From contig JALDRA010000001.1 in the NCBI GenBank assembly GCA_031316235.1, positions 2,220,001-2,252,000 of the forward strand: a DNA stretch of 32,000 bases, written 5' to 3'. Position 1 is the stretch's first letter; every line of letters begins with the position of its first letter. This DNA is from Candidatus Scalindua sp. Lineage in GTDB: Bacteria; Planctomycetota; Brocadiia; Brocadiales; Scalinduaceae. Shown here piece after piece: positions 1 to 11,542 of this stretch. A program made the position numbers and the translations under genes. The notes beneath the pieces are model-generated. The model was not told where the DNA came from, did no database searches, and saw nothing but the letters and a program-made list of their open reading frames with translations.

Positions 1-142
1 GTTTTTTTATTGACAATAAAAAAGTTTCTTGATACCTTGTTGATCTTTAATTTTAGCTCCTGTCCCGTACGGTTGGAAGTTGTTCCGGTCGGCAGATGGG
101 CAGCTGTGAATGGTGATTTTTTTCAATCAATACCGTAAAGTT

Positions 143-1432
143 ATGTTGTTAAGCGTCAAGTCAAAAGCGGCATTTAAACAAGCGTGTAAAACTATTCCTG
201 GTGGTGTAAACAGTCCGGTTCGGGCGTTTGGGGCAGTGGGTAATGAGCCGCTCTTCATAGATTCTGGCCATGGTTGTCATATAACGGATATTGATGGCAA
301 TACTTTTATCGATTATGTATGCTCCTGGGGTCCTTTGATCCTGGGCCATCTGGAAGATAGCGTACTTAAGGCGATAAAACATACCCTGGAAAAAGGAACA
401 AGTTTCGGGGCGCCTACGGAGTTGGAAATTCAGCTTGCCGAGCTCGTCAGAGAAGCGGTCCCATCCATTGAGAAGGTAAGGATGGTCAATTCCGGAACTG
501 AGGCTACCATGAGTGCTATTCGCCTGGCAAGAGGTTATACCGGAAGAGATCTGGTGGTAAAATTTGATGGCTGTTATCATGGACATGTTGATGGTCTTCT
601 GGTGCAGGCCGGATCCGGTGCAACCACATTAGGTACTCCCACAAGTCCGGGTGTGCCGCAGGATTATATCAGGAACACCCTCACTATCCCCTTTAATGAC
701 ATTGATGTTGTCAGGGAAGTGTGTGATAAAAGGGGGAAAGAGATTGCCTGTATCATTTTGGAACCAATTGCTGGGAATATGGGTGTGATTCCTCCGAAAA
801 AAGGATATCTGGAGGGGTTGCGTGAGATAACAGACAGCCATGGTATTGTGCTTATCTTTGATGAGGTTATGACGGGTTTCAGGGTTGCGTATGGTGGTGC
901 TCAGGAATTATATAATGTTACACCGGACTTGACAACGCTCGGTAAGATAATTGGTGGCGGTCTCCCGGTAGGCGCATATGGTGGTAAATCGCAGATAATG
1001 GATTTCATATCTCCCAATGGTTCCGTTTATCAGGCGGGGACATTATCGGGAAATCCTTTAGCGATGGCATCGGGCATAGCTACACTGAAGAAACTACAAG
1101 AGGAAGGTGTTTATCGTCGATTGGAGATGAGCTCAAAGAGACTGGCTGAAGGGCTTCGGAAAGCGGCTGTTGACGCAGGTGTCCCAGCGTACCATTCACG
1201 TGTCGGATCGATGCTGTGTCTGTTTTTTCATGATGGTGAAGTGACTGATTATGAATCTGCCAGGAGGAGTAATACGCAGAAATATGCCTCTTATTTTCAC
1301 GGTATGCTGGAAAAGGGTGTCTACCTGGCCCCTTCGCAATTTGAGGCAGCTTTTGTCTCGACTGCTCACGGAGAAGACGATATAGACGCTACTATTCAGG
1401 CGGGTTGTGAGGTTATGAAGTCTCTGAAATGA
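143..1432 (+). CDS. hemL: glutamate-1-semialdehyde 2,1-aminomutase
   Basis: ORF 110..1432. The translation carries the GSA-aminomutase N-terminal signature [12 protein letters not shown] and the PLP-lysine context [17 protein letters not shown]. Length is ~430 aa. ATG 143 ([14 protein letters not shown]...) fits the usual spacing to the motif better than ATG 110. The stop is fixed. Confidence 0.93.
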   Translation: MLLSVKSKAAFKQACKTIPGGVNSPVRAFGAVGNEPLFIDSGHGCHITDIDGNTFIDYVCSWGPLILGHLEDSVLKAIKHTLEKGTSFGAPTELEIQLAELVREAVPSIEKVRMVNSGTEATMSAIRLARGYTGRDLVVKFDGCYHGHVDGLLVQAGSGATTLGTPTSPGVPQDYIRNTLTIPFNDIDVVREVCDKRGKEIACIILEPIAGNMGVIPPKKGYLEGLREITDSHGIVLIFDEVMTGFRVAYGGAQELYNVTPDLTTLGKIIGGGLPVGAYGGKSQIMDFISPNGSVYQAGTLSGNPLAMASGIATLKKLQEEGVYRRLEMSSKRLAEGLRKAAVDAGVPAYHSRVGSMLCLFFHDGEVTDYESARRSNTQKYASYFHGMLEKGVYLAPSQFEAAFVSTAHGEDDIDATIQAGCEVMKSLK

Positions 1433-1597
1433 TTACTGGTTGAGGGGCACTGCACATCCTGAGTACGGTAATTATTGGTGATATTCAGGTCCGGTTTCGG
1501 TATCGTGGTGTCGTGTGTTTCTGCTTAGGCGCTGATTAATTATAGAGGTGCGGCAGAACATGATTCTGCATCCGTATTTCCGGGTTCGGAGAAATTA

Positions 1598-1849
1598 TTG
1601 GAGTTTATATACGTTTTGAATCAGAATGATTCAGGCAGTACCTTTCGTGCCTTGAGTCTTACAAGTGGGATAGGGTTTATGCTCGCTGCTTGTCTGGCGG
1701 GTGGTTACTATGCAGGGAGTTATCTGGATTCGAAATTTGGTACCGAGCCCTGGTTGCTGATCACCGCTCTCCTTCTCTGTTTGGCTGGCGGGATTTTAGA
1801 GGTATGCTCTATGGTTAAAAAGGCGATGAAGGAAACGGAAAAAGATTAA
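1598..1849 (+). CDS. small AtpZ/AtpR-like membrane protein preceding the ATP synthase genes
   Basis: 83-aa ORF with two predicted TM helices (GIGFMLAACLAGGYYAGSYLD and PWLLITALLLCLAGGILEV). This resembles the small proteins often encoded first in F-ATPase operons, and it sits directly upstream of atpI. The TTG start is uncertain; TTG 1616 is also possible. Confidence 0.6.
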   Translation: MEFIYVLNQNDSGSTFRALSLTSGIGFMLAACLAGGYYAGSYLDSKFGTEPWLLITALLLCLAGGILEVCSMVKKAMKETEKD

Positions 1850-1854
1850 GAGGA

Positions 1855-2442
1855 ATGAGGATGTTGGATCTGTATAATAGATCGCAGAAACTACTGGCTG
1901 TTAAGAAGAATTTTATCAAGCAGGTATTTTATACAACGCTGTTTGTCTCTTTCCTGATGGTGCTGGTCTCTTTGCGTTATAAGTCTTTAGAGCTGACTTT
2001 GGGTCTCGGGATGGGTATTGTCATAAGTTTCTGTACATCACTTGCGCTCTGGCAATGGATAAAATTTATGTTTAAGGATCTCAATCCGGACAGGAATATC
2101 AATAATGGGTTGAATTCGCCAAAACCGGACTCTACCGTAAAGTCCCTGATTTTCGCATGTATGGGTGTGGGGAAGATGTTGGTTCTTGCCTTGGTATTTT
2201 TTCTTATCTTCAAGTATCTGCCCATCAAACCATTTGCTTTTTTTGTCGGGGTTTCGATTGTGCAGCTGGTTGTTTTTTCAATGATAGTAAGCATGGTACT
2301 GGTAAATATGCTGAACAGCACAATAGGCGTTGGTTCCGTATCTGAAGAAAATCAATCTTCTGGATGTGATACAAATGCTGCTGGTAAAACAGAACCGGTA
2401 TCGAAAGGTCATTCTCATCAAATTGCAGAGAATGCTTTATAA
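1855..2442 (+). CDS. atpI: ATP synthase protein I-like membrane protein
   Basis: 195-aa ORF with about four hydrophobic helices, located between the AtpZ-like gene and atpB, which is the canonical atpI position. Sequence conservation in this family is weak, so the call rests mainly on position and topology. It has a hydrophilic C-terminal tail. Confidence 0.6.
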   Translation: MRMLDLYNRSQKLLAVKKNFIKQVFYTTLFVSFLMVLVSLRYKSLELTLGLGMGIVISFCTSLALWQWIKFMFKDLNPDRNINNGLNSPKPDSTVKSLIFACMGVGKMLVLALVFFLIFKYLPIKPFAFFVGVSIVQLVVFSMIVSMVLVNMLNSTIGVGSVSEENQSSGCDTNAAGKTEPVSKGHSHQIAENAL

Positions 2443-2472
2443 ACCGTATGTTAATTTTGGAGGAGTATAGGT

Positions 2473-3234
2473 TTGACTGAAGAGGCACATGGAAGTTCTA
2501 GCGGTGGGGTGCCGGAACTTCCCACTTTTTTTGATCTTCTGCCCATCGATAGGCACATCGAGATATTTGGTTTGACTCTGCATCAGCTCCTGCCGATAGT
2601 TATGTCTCTGCTGATCATTGGTTTTCTCGGGGTGTTTTCGATGATGGCAACACGTAACCTGAAGATGGTACCGGGTGGATTGCAGGCAATTCTCGAAATC
2701 GTGGTGGAAGCACTTGATAGTTTTGTACAGTCAATATTGGGTAAAATGTCTGACAGATTTCTGCCTTTTATCGGTACACTTTTTCTGTACATACTCATCA
2801 TGAACCTTATTGGCCAGGTACCGTTGCTTCATTCTCCAACGACGAATTATAATACAACTCTGGCTCTGACTTTACTGGTATTTTTTGCCACTCACTATTA
2901 TGGACTCAAGCATAATGGTCCGGTAAAATATGTTAAGCATATGTTGGGTGAGCCGAGATGGATGTCCCCGATGCTGTTTCCGTTACATCTGGTGTCGGAA
3001 ATCATAACACGTCCACTGTCACTTTCAATGCGTCTTTACGGGAATTTAATGGGTGGGCACACCGTGCTGTCTATATTTATAGGACTTTCTCCTTTATTAC
3101 TGGGATTTATTCCTATCCCTATACATTTTCCGTTTGTTTTGTTGGATTTGTTGCTGGCAGCACTCCAGGCCTTTATATTTGCATTTTTAGCTAGCTTTTA
3201 CATAGCTGGGTCAATTGGAGAGAAACATTTATAA
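2473..3234 (+). CDS. atpB: F0F1 ATP synthase subunit a
   Basis: 253-aa polytopic membrane ORF. It contains the subunit-a motif around the essential Arg (LSLSMRLYGNLMGGH). TTG start is preceded by GGAGG at 2459-2463. Confidence 0.92.
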   Translation: MTEEAHGSSSGGVPELPTFFDLLPIDRHIEIFGLTLHQLLPIVMSLLIIGFLGVFSMMATRNLKMVPGGLQAILEIVVEALDSFVQSILGKMSDRFLPFIGTLFLYILIMNLIGQVPLLHSPTTNYNTTLALTLLVFFATHYYGLKHNGPVKYVKHMLGEPRWMSPMLFPLHLVSEIITRPLSLSMRLYGNLMGGHTVLSIFIGLSPLLLGFIPIPIHFPFVLLDLLLAALQAFIFAFLASFYIAGSIGEKHL

Positions 3235-3259
3235 TTTTTAATGAAGGGGGATTTGAAGA

Positions 3260-3523
3260 ATGATTTATTTTGCATGTTTGGCGATTGGAATCGGTATGCT
3301 GGCTTTTGCTTCGTTTGGTTGTGGCATAGGCCAAGGTATTGCGGTAGCTGGTGCTTCATCTGCAGTAGCACGGCAGCCTGAGCTGTTCGGAAAAATTCAG
3401 ATGCTTATGTTCATAGGACTGGGATTTATCGAAGCGTTGGCAATTTATTCACTGGTTTTATCATTTATCTTATTGGGAAAATTACCCGATGCAGCAGATG
3501 TGTTAAAGGTATTGGGACAATAA
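3260..3523 (+). CDS. atpE: F0F1 ATP synthase subunit c
   Basis: 87-aa helical hairpin. It has the GIGQGIAVAG helix 1, the ARQPE loop and the carboxylate helix GFIEALAIYSLV. The EAL-IY pattern resembles H+-type chloroplast/cyanobacterial c subunits. Confidence 0.95.
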   Translation: MIYFACLAIGIGMLAFASFGCGIGQGIAVAGASSAVARQPELFGKIQMLMFIGLGFIEALAIYSLVLSFILLGKLPDAADVLKVLGQ

Positions 3524-3643
3524 GAAGCGTTCAAAGCCTGGTCCTCTCCTTCTTGTTAATATGATTGTCCGCTGGGAATTGGTATTCGTGGGGAAGATAG
3601 GGTCAGGGCTGACAGATAAAAGTAGTAAATTGGGAGACTAAAT

Positions 3644-4150
3644 GTGGGAAATTTGTTGGACGCTTTAGGCGTAGATTTCAAGATGGTCATTATACAGGCT
3701 GCAGGGTTTATTCTCCTGCTGATCTTGATGAAGAAGTTTCTTTTCGGCAAGATCAAGGACGTTATCAAGGCCAGGGCGGATGAGATAAAGGCCAGGTACA
3801 AACGAAGTGAAGATGACAGGGCTGAGGCGGAAAGGCTGAAAGAAGAGTATCAGCAGAAAAGTGTCAATGCTGATGTGGCTGCGGAGGCTAAGATCGAGGA
3901 AGCTGTAGTTAAAGCAAAAGACATTAGTGACGTAATGATTAAGGAGGCGCATCAGGCTGTTGCGGATGAGAAATCCAGGGCTCAAATAGGTATCGAGTTG
4001 GAAAAAAAGAAAGCCTTGGCAGAGGTAAGAAATCAGATTGTCGATCTTACAATTCTTACAACTACAAGGTTGATTAAACAGTCTACCAGTCGTGCTACGG
4101 CTGAAAAATTAGTGGATGACGTTATTGAGGGAGTGGGGAAACTGTCTTGA
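3644..4150 (+). CDS. atpF: F0F1 ATP synthase subunit b
   Basis: 168 aa, with one N-terminal TM helix (VIIQAAGFILLLILMKKFLF) followed by a long charged coiled-coil-like region. It is in the operon position for atpF. GTG start. Confidence 0.88.
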   Translation: MGNLLDALGVDFKMVIIQAAGFILLLILMKKFLFGKIKDVIKARADEIKARYKRSEDDRAEAERLKEEYQQKSVNADVAAEAKIEEAVVKAKDISDVMIKEAHQAVADEKSRAQIGIELEKKKALAEVRNQIVDLTILTTTRLIKQSTSRATAEKLVDDVIEGVGKLS

Positions 4151-4698
4151 TAGAAGAGAGCTTGGTACAAGGGTATGCAAAGGCTTTGTTTGAAGTCGCT
4201 GTTGATAAGGGTGATACGGGTGACATAGAAAAAGACCTGGACTGTATTAAGGAATTGCTAGTCAACAATAAGAGGTTTTGTGAGATTCTCTACCATCCAT
4301 CCATTGTGAAGGCCGATAAAAAAGAGATTATCAACAGGGTTATTGTGCCTCTCTGTTCCAGTAAATGGGTGAAAAATCTTCTCTTTCTTTTAATTGATAA
4401 GAGAAGAGAGAGGATTTTGGTTTATATTCCAGATATTTACAAAAAAGTTGCAGCCAGGATAAGGGGGGTTGTCTCCGTAAAAGTTCAGACTGCAATTCCT
4501 TTGAGCGAAGAGAGGCTTGCTGAATTGCATAAGAATCTCGAAAAGCTGACAAAGAAGAAAGTGGAAATTGAAGCAGAAGTTACTAAAGAGATCCTTGGTG
4601 GAATGATAATCAGGATAGAAAATAAAATTATTGATGGAAGTATTACAAACCATTTGAAAAATCTAAAAAAGAGTTTGCTGAAGACGACCTTCGCCTAA
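4147..4698 (+). CDS. atpH: F0F1 ATP synthase subunit delta (OSCP)
   Basis: 183 aa. It starts YAKALFEVA and ends ...GGMIIRIENKIIDGSITNHLKNLKKSL, the typical OSCP/delta C-terminus. The TTG start overlaps the atpF stop (TTGA). Confidence 0.9.
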   Translation: MIEESLVQGYAKALFEVAVDKGDTGDIEKDLDCIKELLVNNKRFCEILYHPSIVKADKKEIINRVIVPLCSSKWVKNLLFLLIDKRRERILVYIPDIYKKVAARIRGVVSVKVQTAIPLSEERLAELHKNLEKLTKKKVEIEAEVTKEILGGMIIRIENKIIDGSITNHLKNLKKSLLKTTFA

Positions 4699-4731
4699 GG
4701 AAGTCTTTATTTTTGTGGGGGTATAGCAGGA

Positions 4732-6240
4732 ATGACCGTAAGACCAGATGAAGTTGCTTCGATTATAAAGCAAGAAATTGAAAGATATGAAGATAAATTG
4801 AAGATGGAGAGTGTTGGTACCGTTCTCCAGGTTGGTGATGGTGTCGCCAGGGTTTATGGTCTGGATGACTGCATGTCAAACGAATTGCTGGAGTTTCCGG
4901 GAGAAGTTTTTGGGATTGCCCTTAATCTGGAAGAGGATAACGTTGGATGTGTATTGTTAGGATCTGACAAAGATATAAAAGAAGGTGATACGGTAAAGAC
5001 CACGGGAAGGATTGTAGAAGTGCCTGTTGGAGAAGGGCTGCTTGGAAGAGTGGTAAATGCGCTTGGTCAGCCACTTGATGGTAAGGGGCCTATCGTTTCT
5101 GATAAATCAATGCCGGTCGAAGGTTCTTCTCCCAACGTTGTAGAAAGACAGCCGGTGGTTGAACCGCTGCAGACGGGTATAAAGGCTATCGATGCCATGA
5201 TTCCAATTGGCCGAGGACAGAGAGAATTGATAATAGGTGACAGGCAGACAGGTAAAACTGCTATTCTGGTAGATACAATCCTGAACCAGAAGGGGACGGG
5301 TGTCGTGAGTATTTATGTGGCAATCGGCCAGAAACTTTCCACCGTGGCAGGTGTAATCAAGGTCCTTGAAGAAAGCGGGGCATTGGAGAATTCTATCGTT
5401 GTGGTTGCATCTGCAAGTGACCCTGCACCAATGCAATATCTTGCTCCTTATTCCGGTTGTGCGATGGGTGAATACTTCAGGGATAATGGAAAACATGCAG
5501 TTATAATGTATGACGATCTGTATAAGCATGCCGTTGCATACAGGCAGGTGTCTTTGCTTCTGAGAAGGCCTCCGGGTAGAGAGGCGTTTCCGGGTGATAT
5601 TTTTAATATTCACTCCCGCTTGCTGGAAAGAGCGGCTAAGTTAAATGATGAGCTCGGTGGGGGGTCTCTGACGGCACTTCCGGTTGTGGAAACTCAAGCT
5701 GGCGATTATGCGGCTTATATTCCAACAAATGTTATATCAATTACAGACGGTCAGATCTATCTCGAGAGTGATCTCTTTAATTCAGGTGTCCGTCCTGCAA
5801 TCAGTGTCGGACTTTCTGTCTCCAGGGTGGGTGGAAATGCACAGATTCCTGCAATGAAGAAAGTTGCCGGGGCATTGCGGCTCAACCTGGCTCAGCATCG
5901 TGAGTTGGCGGCTTTTGCACAGTTTGGTTCAGAACTTGATAAGGCGACACAGGATCAGTTGTCGAGAGGTGAAAGATTAATAGAGATATTGAAACAACCG
6001 CAATATACGCCATCACCGGTGGAAGAACAGGTTATTATCATTTACGCAGCTATTAACGGTTACCTGGATGATATACCGACCGAGAAGATAAAGGATTTTG
6101 AAATCAAATTCCTGAAGAACATAAGAGAAAAACATTCAGCGATAGCCATGACGATCAAAGAGAAGAAGAAGATTGAAGAGGACACTGCCAATAATCTGAA
6201 CAGGGCAATCACAGAATTCAAGAAATTGTATAATGCGTAA
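4732..6240 (+). CDS. atpA: F0F1 ATP synthase subunit alpha
   Basis: 502 aa with Walker A GDRQTGKT and alpha-specific blocks ([39 protein letters not shown]). Confidence 0.98.
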   Translation: MTVRPDEVASIIKQEIERYEDKLKMESVGTVLQVGDGVARVYGLDDCMSNELLEFPGEVFGIALNLEEDNVGCVLLGSDKDIKEGDTVKTTGRIVEVPVGEGLLGRVVNALGQPLDGKGPIVSDKSMPVEGSSPNVVERQPVVEPLQTGIKAIDAMIPIGRGQRELIIGDRQTGKTAILVDTILNQKGTGVVSIYVAIGQKLSTVAGVIKVLEESGALENSIVVVASASDPAPMQYLAPYSGCAMGEYFRDNGKHAVIMYDDLYKHAVAYRQVSLLLRRPPGREAFPGDIFNIHSRLLERAAKLNDELGGGSLTALPVVETQAGDYAAYIPTNVISITDGQIYLESDLFNSGVRPAISVGLSVSRVGGNAQIPAMKKVAGALRLNLAQHRELAAFAQFGSELDKATQDQLSRGERLIEILKQPQYTPSPVEEQVIIIYAAINGYLDDIPTEKIKDFEIKFLKNIREKHSAIAMTIKEKKKIEEDTANNLNRAITEFKKLYNA

Positions 6241-6520
6241 TTTCAAAGAGTATGCTTTGTGTGCGTACACCCGCCAGACCAGTCCTCGGGTGTGTGGTTG
6301 AAATGGGTTAGGCTGTAACGGGGCTGTCTTTTACCGATCGGCTTCCAGCCGAGAGCCGGTCAGCGATAATCATTCAGGTGGGTAGAGAATATACTGACCC
6401 GATGCTTTAGGCGATTGAAATTTTTGAGTGAGTCCGGTACCTTCAGGGATCGGCTGAGAGCACACCGGCAGAATTGCTGTTCGACATGCCTGCTGAGGAT
6501 CTCATAATAAAGATAAAACT

Positions 6521-7420
6521 ATGGAAAGTACCAGAGATATAAAGAGAAGAATCAAGAGCATTACAAACATCCAGCAGATTACACGTGCTATGGAAATGGT
6601 TGCTGCAAATAGGCTTAAAAAAGCTGAAAGCAGGGCGTTATCTTCGCGTCCCTATACCCAGAATATAACTGCTATCCTGAGAAACCTGATACAGACTACT
6701 CCGGAAAAGGTACATTTCTTTGAACCGAAAAAGGAAGTAAAGAAGATAATGATATTGTTGATTACATCTGACAAGGGGTTATGCGGTGCTTATAACACTA
6801 ATGCCATACAGCATGCGGTCAGGTTTATAAAAGGGCATCCCGAATGTGAAATAAATCTACATCTGATTGGTAAAAAGGGAAATATTTTCTTTAAGCGCAG
6901 GCCATATACAGTCGGGGAGTATTATAAAGAGACTGTTGAGCAGATCGGGTTGACATCTCTGAAGGGTGGGGAGCATAAGATCGCTGAAATTGCTGCCAGG
7001 ATGATTGAAGACTTTGAGCAGGGTAATTTTGATGAAATCTATCTGTTTTATACAAAATTTAAGACCGTGATGAAATCAGATCCTGCCCGGATAAGGCTTT
7101 TGCCATTAGAAAATATCGATACAGATTCCGGTGAGGCTGCAGGAAAAAAGGCCTTGCAGGGAGACTGCATTTTAGAACCTTCGTCGGAGGGAATCTTCTC
7201 GAAGCTGTTGCCGAAATACCTTGAATGCCAGCTGCGTCAGGCGATATTTGAATCACTGACGGCTGAGTTTGCAGCGCGCAGGGTTGCAATGATTGCTGCC
7301 TCTGAAAATGCTGAAGAGATAATTGACGAACTCACGCAGGTTTATAATAAGGCAAGGCAGGAGGCTATTACCAAGGAGTTGCTTGAAGTTGTGTCGGGTT
7401 CCGAGGCATTAAGAAGTTAA
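6521..7420 (+). CDS. atpG: F0F1 ATP synthase subunit gamma
   Basis: 299 aa with the N-terminal RIKSITNIQQITRAMEMVAANRLKKAE and C-terminal QEAITKELLEVVSG blocks typical of gamma. Confidence 0.96.
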   Translation: MESTRDIKRRIKSITNIQQITRAMEMVAANRLKKAESRALSSRPYTQNITAILRNLIQTTPEKVHFFEPKKEVKKIMILLITSDKGLCGAYNTNAIQHAVRFIKGHPECEINLHLIGKKGNIFFKRRPYTVGEYYKETVEQIGLTSLKGGEHKIAEIAARMIEDFEQGNFDEIYLFYTKFKTVMKSDPARIRLLPLENIDTDSGEAAGKKALQGDCILEPSSEGIFSKLLPKYLECQLRQAIFESLTAEFAARRVAMIAASENAEEIIDELTQVYNKARQEAITKELLEVVSGSEALRS

Positions 7421-7526
7421 TTGTTAATGGTCATGATCTAACACTGATGCTTTACAATCTGAGGAGTCAGGTAATAAACAGATTCAGGGTGTTTATCTGT
7501 GTTAAGGTTGACATTTATGATGATAG

Positions 7527-8954
<1,428 letters not shown>

Positions 8955-9159
8955 TTAGAAGGGCGGGTCCCCGTTTATCCTGCCAGGTAATGGGTAACCG
9001 GTGTTTACCGGGTAGCTGGTCAGGTTTCTGACCGATTACTGAATTTCTGACATTTTAAGAAATATCTGTTTTTCGTAAGCGTGCGCAGGGAGTGTAATCT
9101 GAAATCTCATCCTGCGCCGTATAAAGAATAAAAAGCTGGCAACTGAAAGGAGATTAATT

Positions 9160-9426
9160 CTGGCTGTAAATAGTTTTCAATTAGACATAATCACTCCGGA
9201 GAAAATAGTGTACAGTAAGGATGTAACAGCTATAGTGGCCCACGGTACCAGTGGTTATCTTGGTGTGATGGCTCATCATACCCCCCTTGTTACTTCTCTT
9301 GAACCGGGTCCGTTTAAGATTACTGAGCCTGGTGACAAAGTAGTTACACTGTCTCTGGAGAGTGGTTTTATGGAGGTGAGAGGAAACAAAGTTGTTGTTC
9401 TGGCTGATTCTGTCAAGAATCAGTAG
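9160..9426 (+). CDS. atpC: F0F1 ATP synthase subunit epsilon, beta-sandwich domain only
   Basis: The ORF track starts at an internal Met (9208), but the frame is open upstream and encodes the conserved epsilon N-terminus (..AVNSFQLDIITPEKIVYSKDV..). SD GAAAGGAG lies at 9145-9152. The only start-like codons at the correct spacing are ATT 9157 and CTG 9160. The product is ~89 aa and ends right after the last beta strand (VVVLADSV). Confidence 0.85.
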   Translation: MAVNSFQLDIITPEKIVYSKDVTAIVAHGTSGYLGVMAHHTPLVTSLEPGPFKITEPGDKVVTLSLESGFMEVRGNKVVVLADSVKNQ

Positions 9427-9600
9427 GAAAACTTAATTTCCCGGTTTGCTTTACACCTCTCCCTTCGTTTTCTCCTGATCCACGTATTGTGCTTACCCCT
9501 GTAAACAGGAGAGGCGGCATCATCACTTCTCATCTGATTCGAATACTGCCCTTTAATGGGCATCTATACTGCTTGCCTTGTTTATTCTGCGGATTGTTAA

Positions 9601-10281
9601 TCATAATTCTGTCTCCAGTTTCTCTTCAGCTTCTGATTTTCTCAGGTATAAGGGTTCAAGCGTCTCGATTTCGCAGCGCTCTCCCTGTTCATATCTTTTC
9701 AGGCCCAGTTTAGCAACGTTCACGGCACTGGCAACGCCTAACCCGTCGGGCGAAACCGTAAGACTCTTCTGTGCAAAAATATCTTTATACGGTATGATAC
9801 CGTCACCGAAAAGGAGGATATGATCCGGCAGGATTTTCAGGAGATCTTTCGGGTGAATAAGCAAAAAATCGGTAATTCGTTTTTGTTCCCTGTCATTTCT
9901 TACATAAATGCAGGCATAGACACTCTTTCTCCTTGCATCAATTACAGGACAGAAGGTTTTTACATCGCTTGTTACATTCTCTGCTAAAACATCTAAGGTG
10001 GGTACGCCGATCACAGGCCTGTTCAGTGAATAGGCGAGAGTCTTTGCACAGGTTACGCCGACTCTCAGTCCGGTATAGGAACCTGGGCCAATGCTGACGG
10101 CGATAAGATCGATATCATGAAAAGTCCCTGCTGTTTCCTGGAAAAGAAAATTCAGTGAAGAAACAATCTCCTTACCATGACCCAATCTCCTTCCAAACTC
10201 CTTCCTGCCGACAATAGTGTCATTATCACAGACACATACACTTCCGATGGCACCGGAAGTTTCTATACCTATTACCTTCAT
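9601..10281 (-). CDS. tsaB: tRNA t6A37 threonylcarbamoyl-transfer protein TsaB (YeaZ)
   Basis: 226 aa. MKVIGIETSG..., SIGPGSYTGLRVGVTCAKTLAYSLNRPVIGVPTLDVLA is the typical YeaZ/TsaB ASKHA-fold N-terminal domain. Confidence 0.9.
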   Translation of the reverse strand: MKVIGIETSGAIGSVCVCDNDTIVGRKEFGRRLGHGKEIVSSLNFLFQETAGTFHDIDLIAVSIGPGSYTGLRVGVTCAKTLAYSLNRPVIGVPTLDVLAENVTSDVKTFCPVIDARRKSVYACIYVRNDREQKRITDFLLIHPKDLLKILPDHILLFGDGIIPYKDIFAQKSLTVSPDGLGVASAVNVAKLGLKRYEQGERCEIETLEPLYLRKSEAEEKLETEL

Positions 10282-10678
10282 TTGATTTAATTCCTTTGCT
10301 TGCGTGATATGCTCATCTGATAATCATTTTATAAAAAAAGAAACATAAGTCAAAGCCATTATAGGGTTGATTGGTTTCGTTAATCAAATTCTTCGACAGC
10401 TTCTTACCCACCGGTACTACCTTGTAGCCCTGACCGTGCCGGTACCTGCCCTCCCGGTGGGGGCTGGTGAGGTAGTTTTAAATCCGCAATAAATTCAAAT
10501 CAAAATAGAGACTTATTCTGTTTTCTCATAGCGATTAAAATGCTGATTACCTGTTTTTTTTACTAACTATCTGAACAACTGATCTGTATAATGAGAAAGC
10601 TTTTTTCTTTTCAAGGCTTCTCCTTAATCTGTATGATTATTAGTAATTTAATTTGAATGAAAAAAGGTACCGATATTT

Positions 10679-11521
10679 ATGAAGATTGGAAAGTATGAAT
10701 TACATCAAATAGAGACCGGCATATTTGGTCTGGACGGAGGGGCAATGTTCGGCATTGTGCCAAGGCCATTATGGAGTAAGCTCAATATTCCGGATGAGGA
10801 AAACAGGATCGACATGGCACTTAGGGCACTATTAATTATGGGTGATAAGCGTAATATTCTTGTTGATACCGGTATTGGTAACAAGTTTACCGATAAACAC
10901 AAAAAAATTTACAGGATTGATCAGGAAAAGAACAACTTGAATGATTCTTTAAAAAAGTTCAATCTGGGAACAGAAGATATAACTGACGTACTGTTGACGC
11001 ATCTCCATTTCGATCATGCGGGAGGGGCAACGGGCATTGAAGATGGAGAACATACCCTCACGTTTCCCAATGCGACATATTATGTTCAAAAAATCAATTA
11101 TGAATGGGCTTTAAATCCAAGCGACAAAGATAGAGGCAGTTATTTGAGGGAGAACTTTGTTCCCATAGCGGAAAAGGAAAAACTGCACATGGTAGAAGGT
11201 GAAGGGGAAATTTTTCCCCAGATCGAGGTTCTGGTATCGAATGGTCATACAGTAGGTCAGCAATTGGTAAAAGTGTCGGATGGCAAACAAACGCTTGTTT
11301 ATTGTGCTGATTTAATCCCAACGGTATCTCACATCAAGATTCCCTATATTACAGGTTACGATATTTATCCTTTGAAAACCATAGATGAAAAGAGGGAGCT
11401 GTTATCAATGGCAAGCTCAAATGGCTGGGTACTTTTCCTGGAACATGATGCAGATTCGGAAGCCGTTAAGGTAGAAAAAAGTGAAGTCGGGTTTACGGTA
11501 AGAGAAAAAATTTTTTTGTAA
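10679..11521 (+). CDS. MBL-fold metallo-hydrolase
   Basis: 280 aa with the HxHxDH motif (THLHFDHAGG) plus downstream His/Asp ligands (NGHTVGQ, CADL, LEHD). Confidence 0.85.
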   Translation: MKIGKYELHQIETGIFGLDGGAMFGIVPRPLWSKLNIPDEENRIDMALRALLIMGDKRNILVDTGIGNKFTDKHKKIYRIDQEKNNLNDSLKKFNLGTEDITDVLLTHLHFDHAGGATGIEDGEHTLTFPNATYYVQKINYEWALNPSDKDRGSYLRENFVPIAEKEKLHMVEGEGEIFPQIEVLVSNGHTVGQQLVKVSDGKQTLVYCADLIPTVSHIKIPYITGYDIYPLKTIDEKRELLSMASSNGWVLFLEHDADSEAVKVEKSEVGFTVREKIFL

Positions 11522-11542
11522 GGCAGTACAGGGTGATTATTT

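Noticed and set aside
11-40. TTGACA at 11-16, considered as a hemL promoter.
   Set aside because: The best -10 at 17-nt spacing (TACCTT) is poor and the window edge cuts the context, so there is not enough support to list it as a feature.
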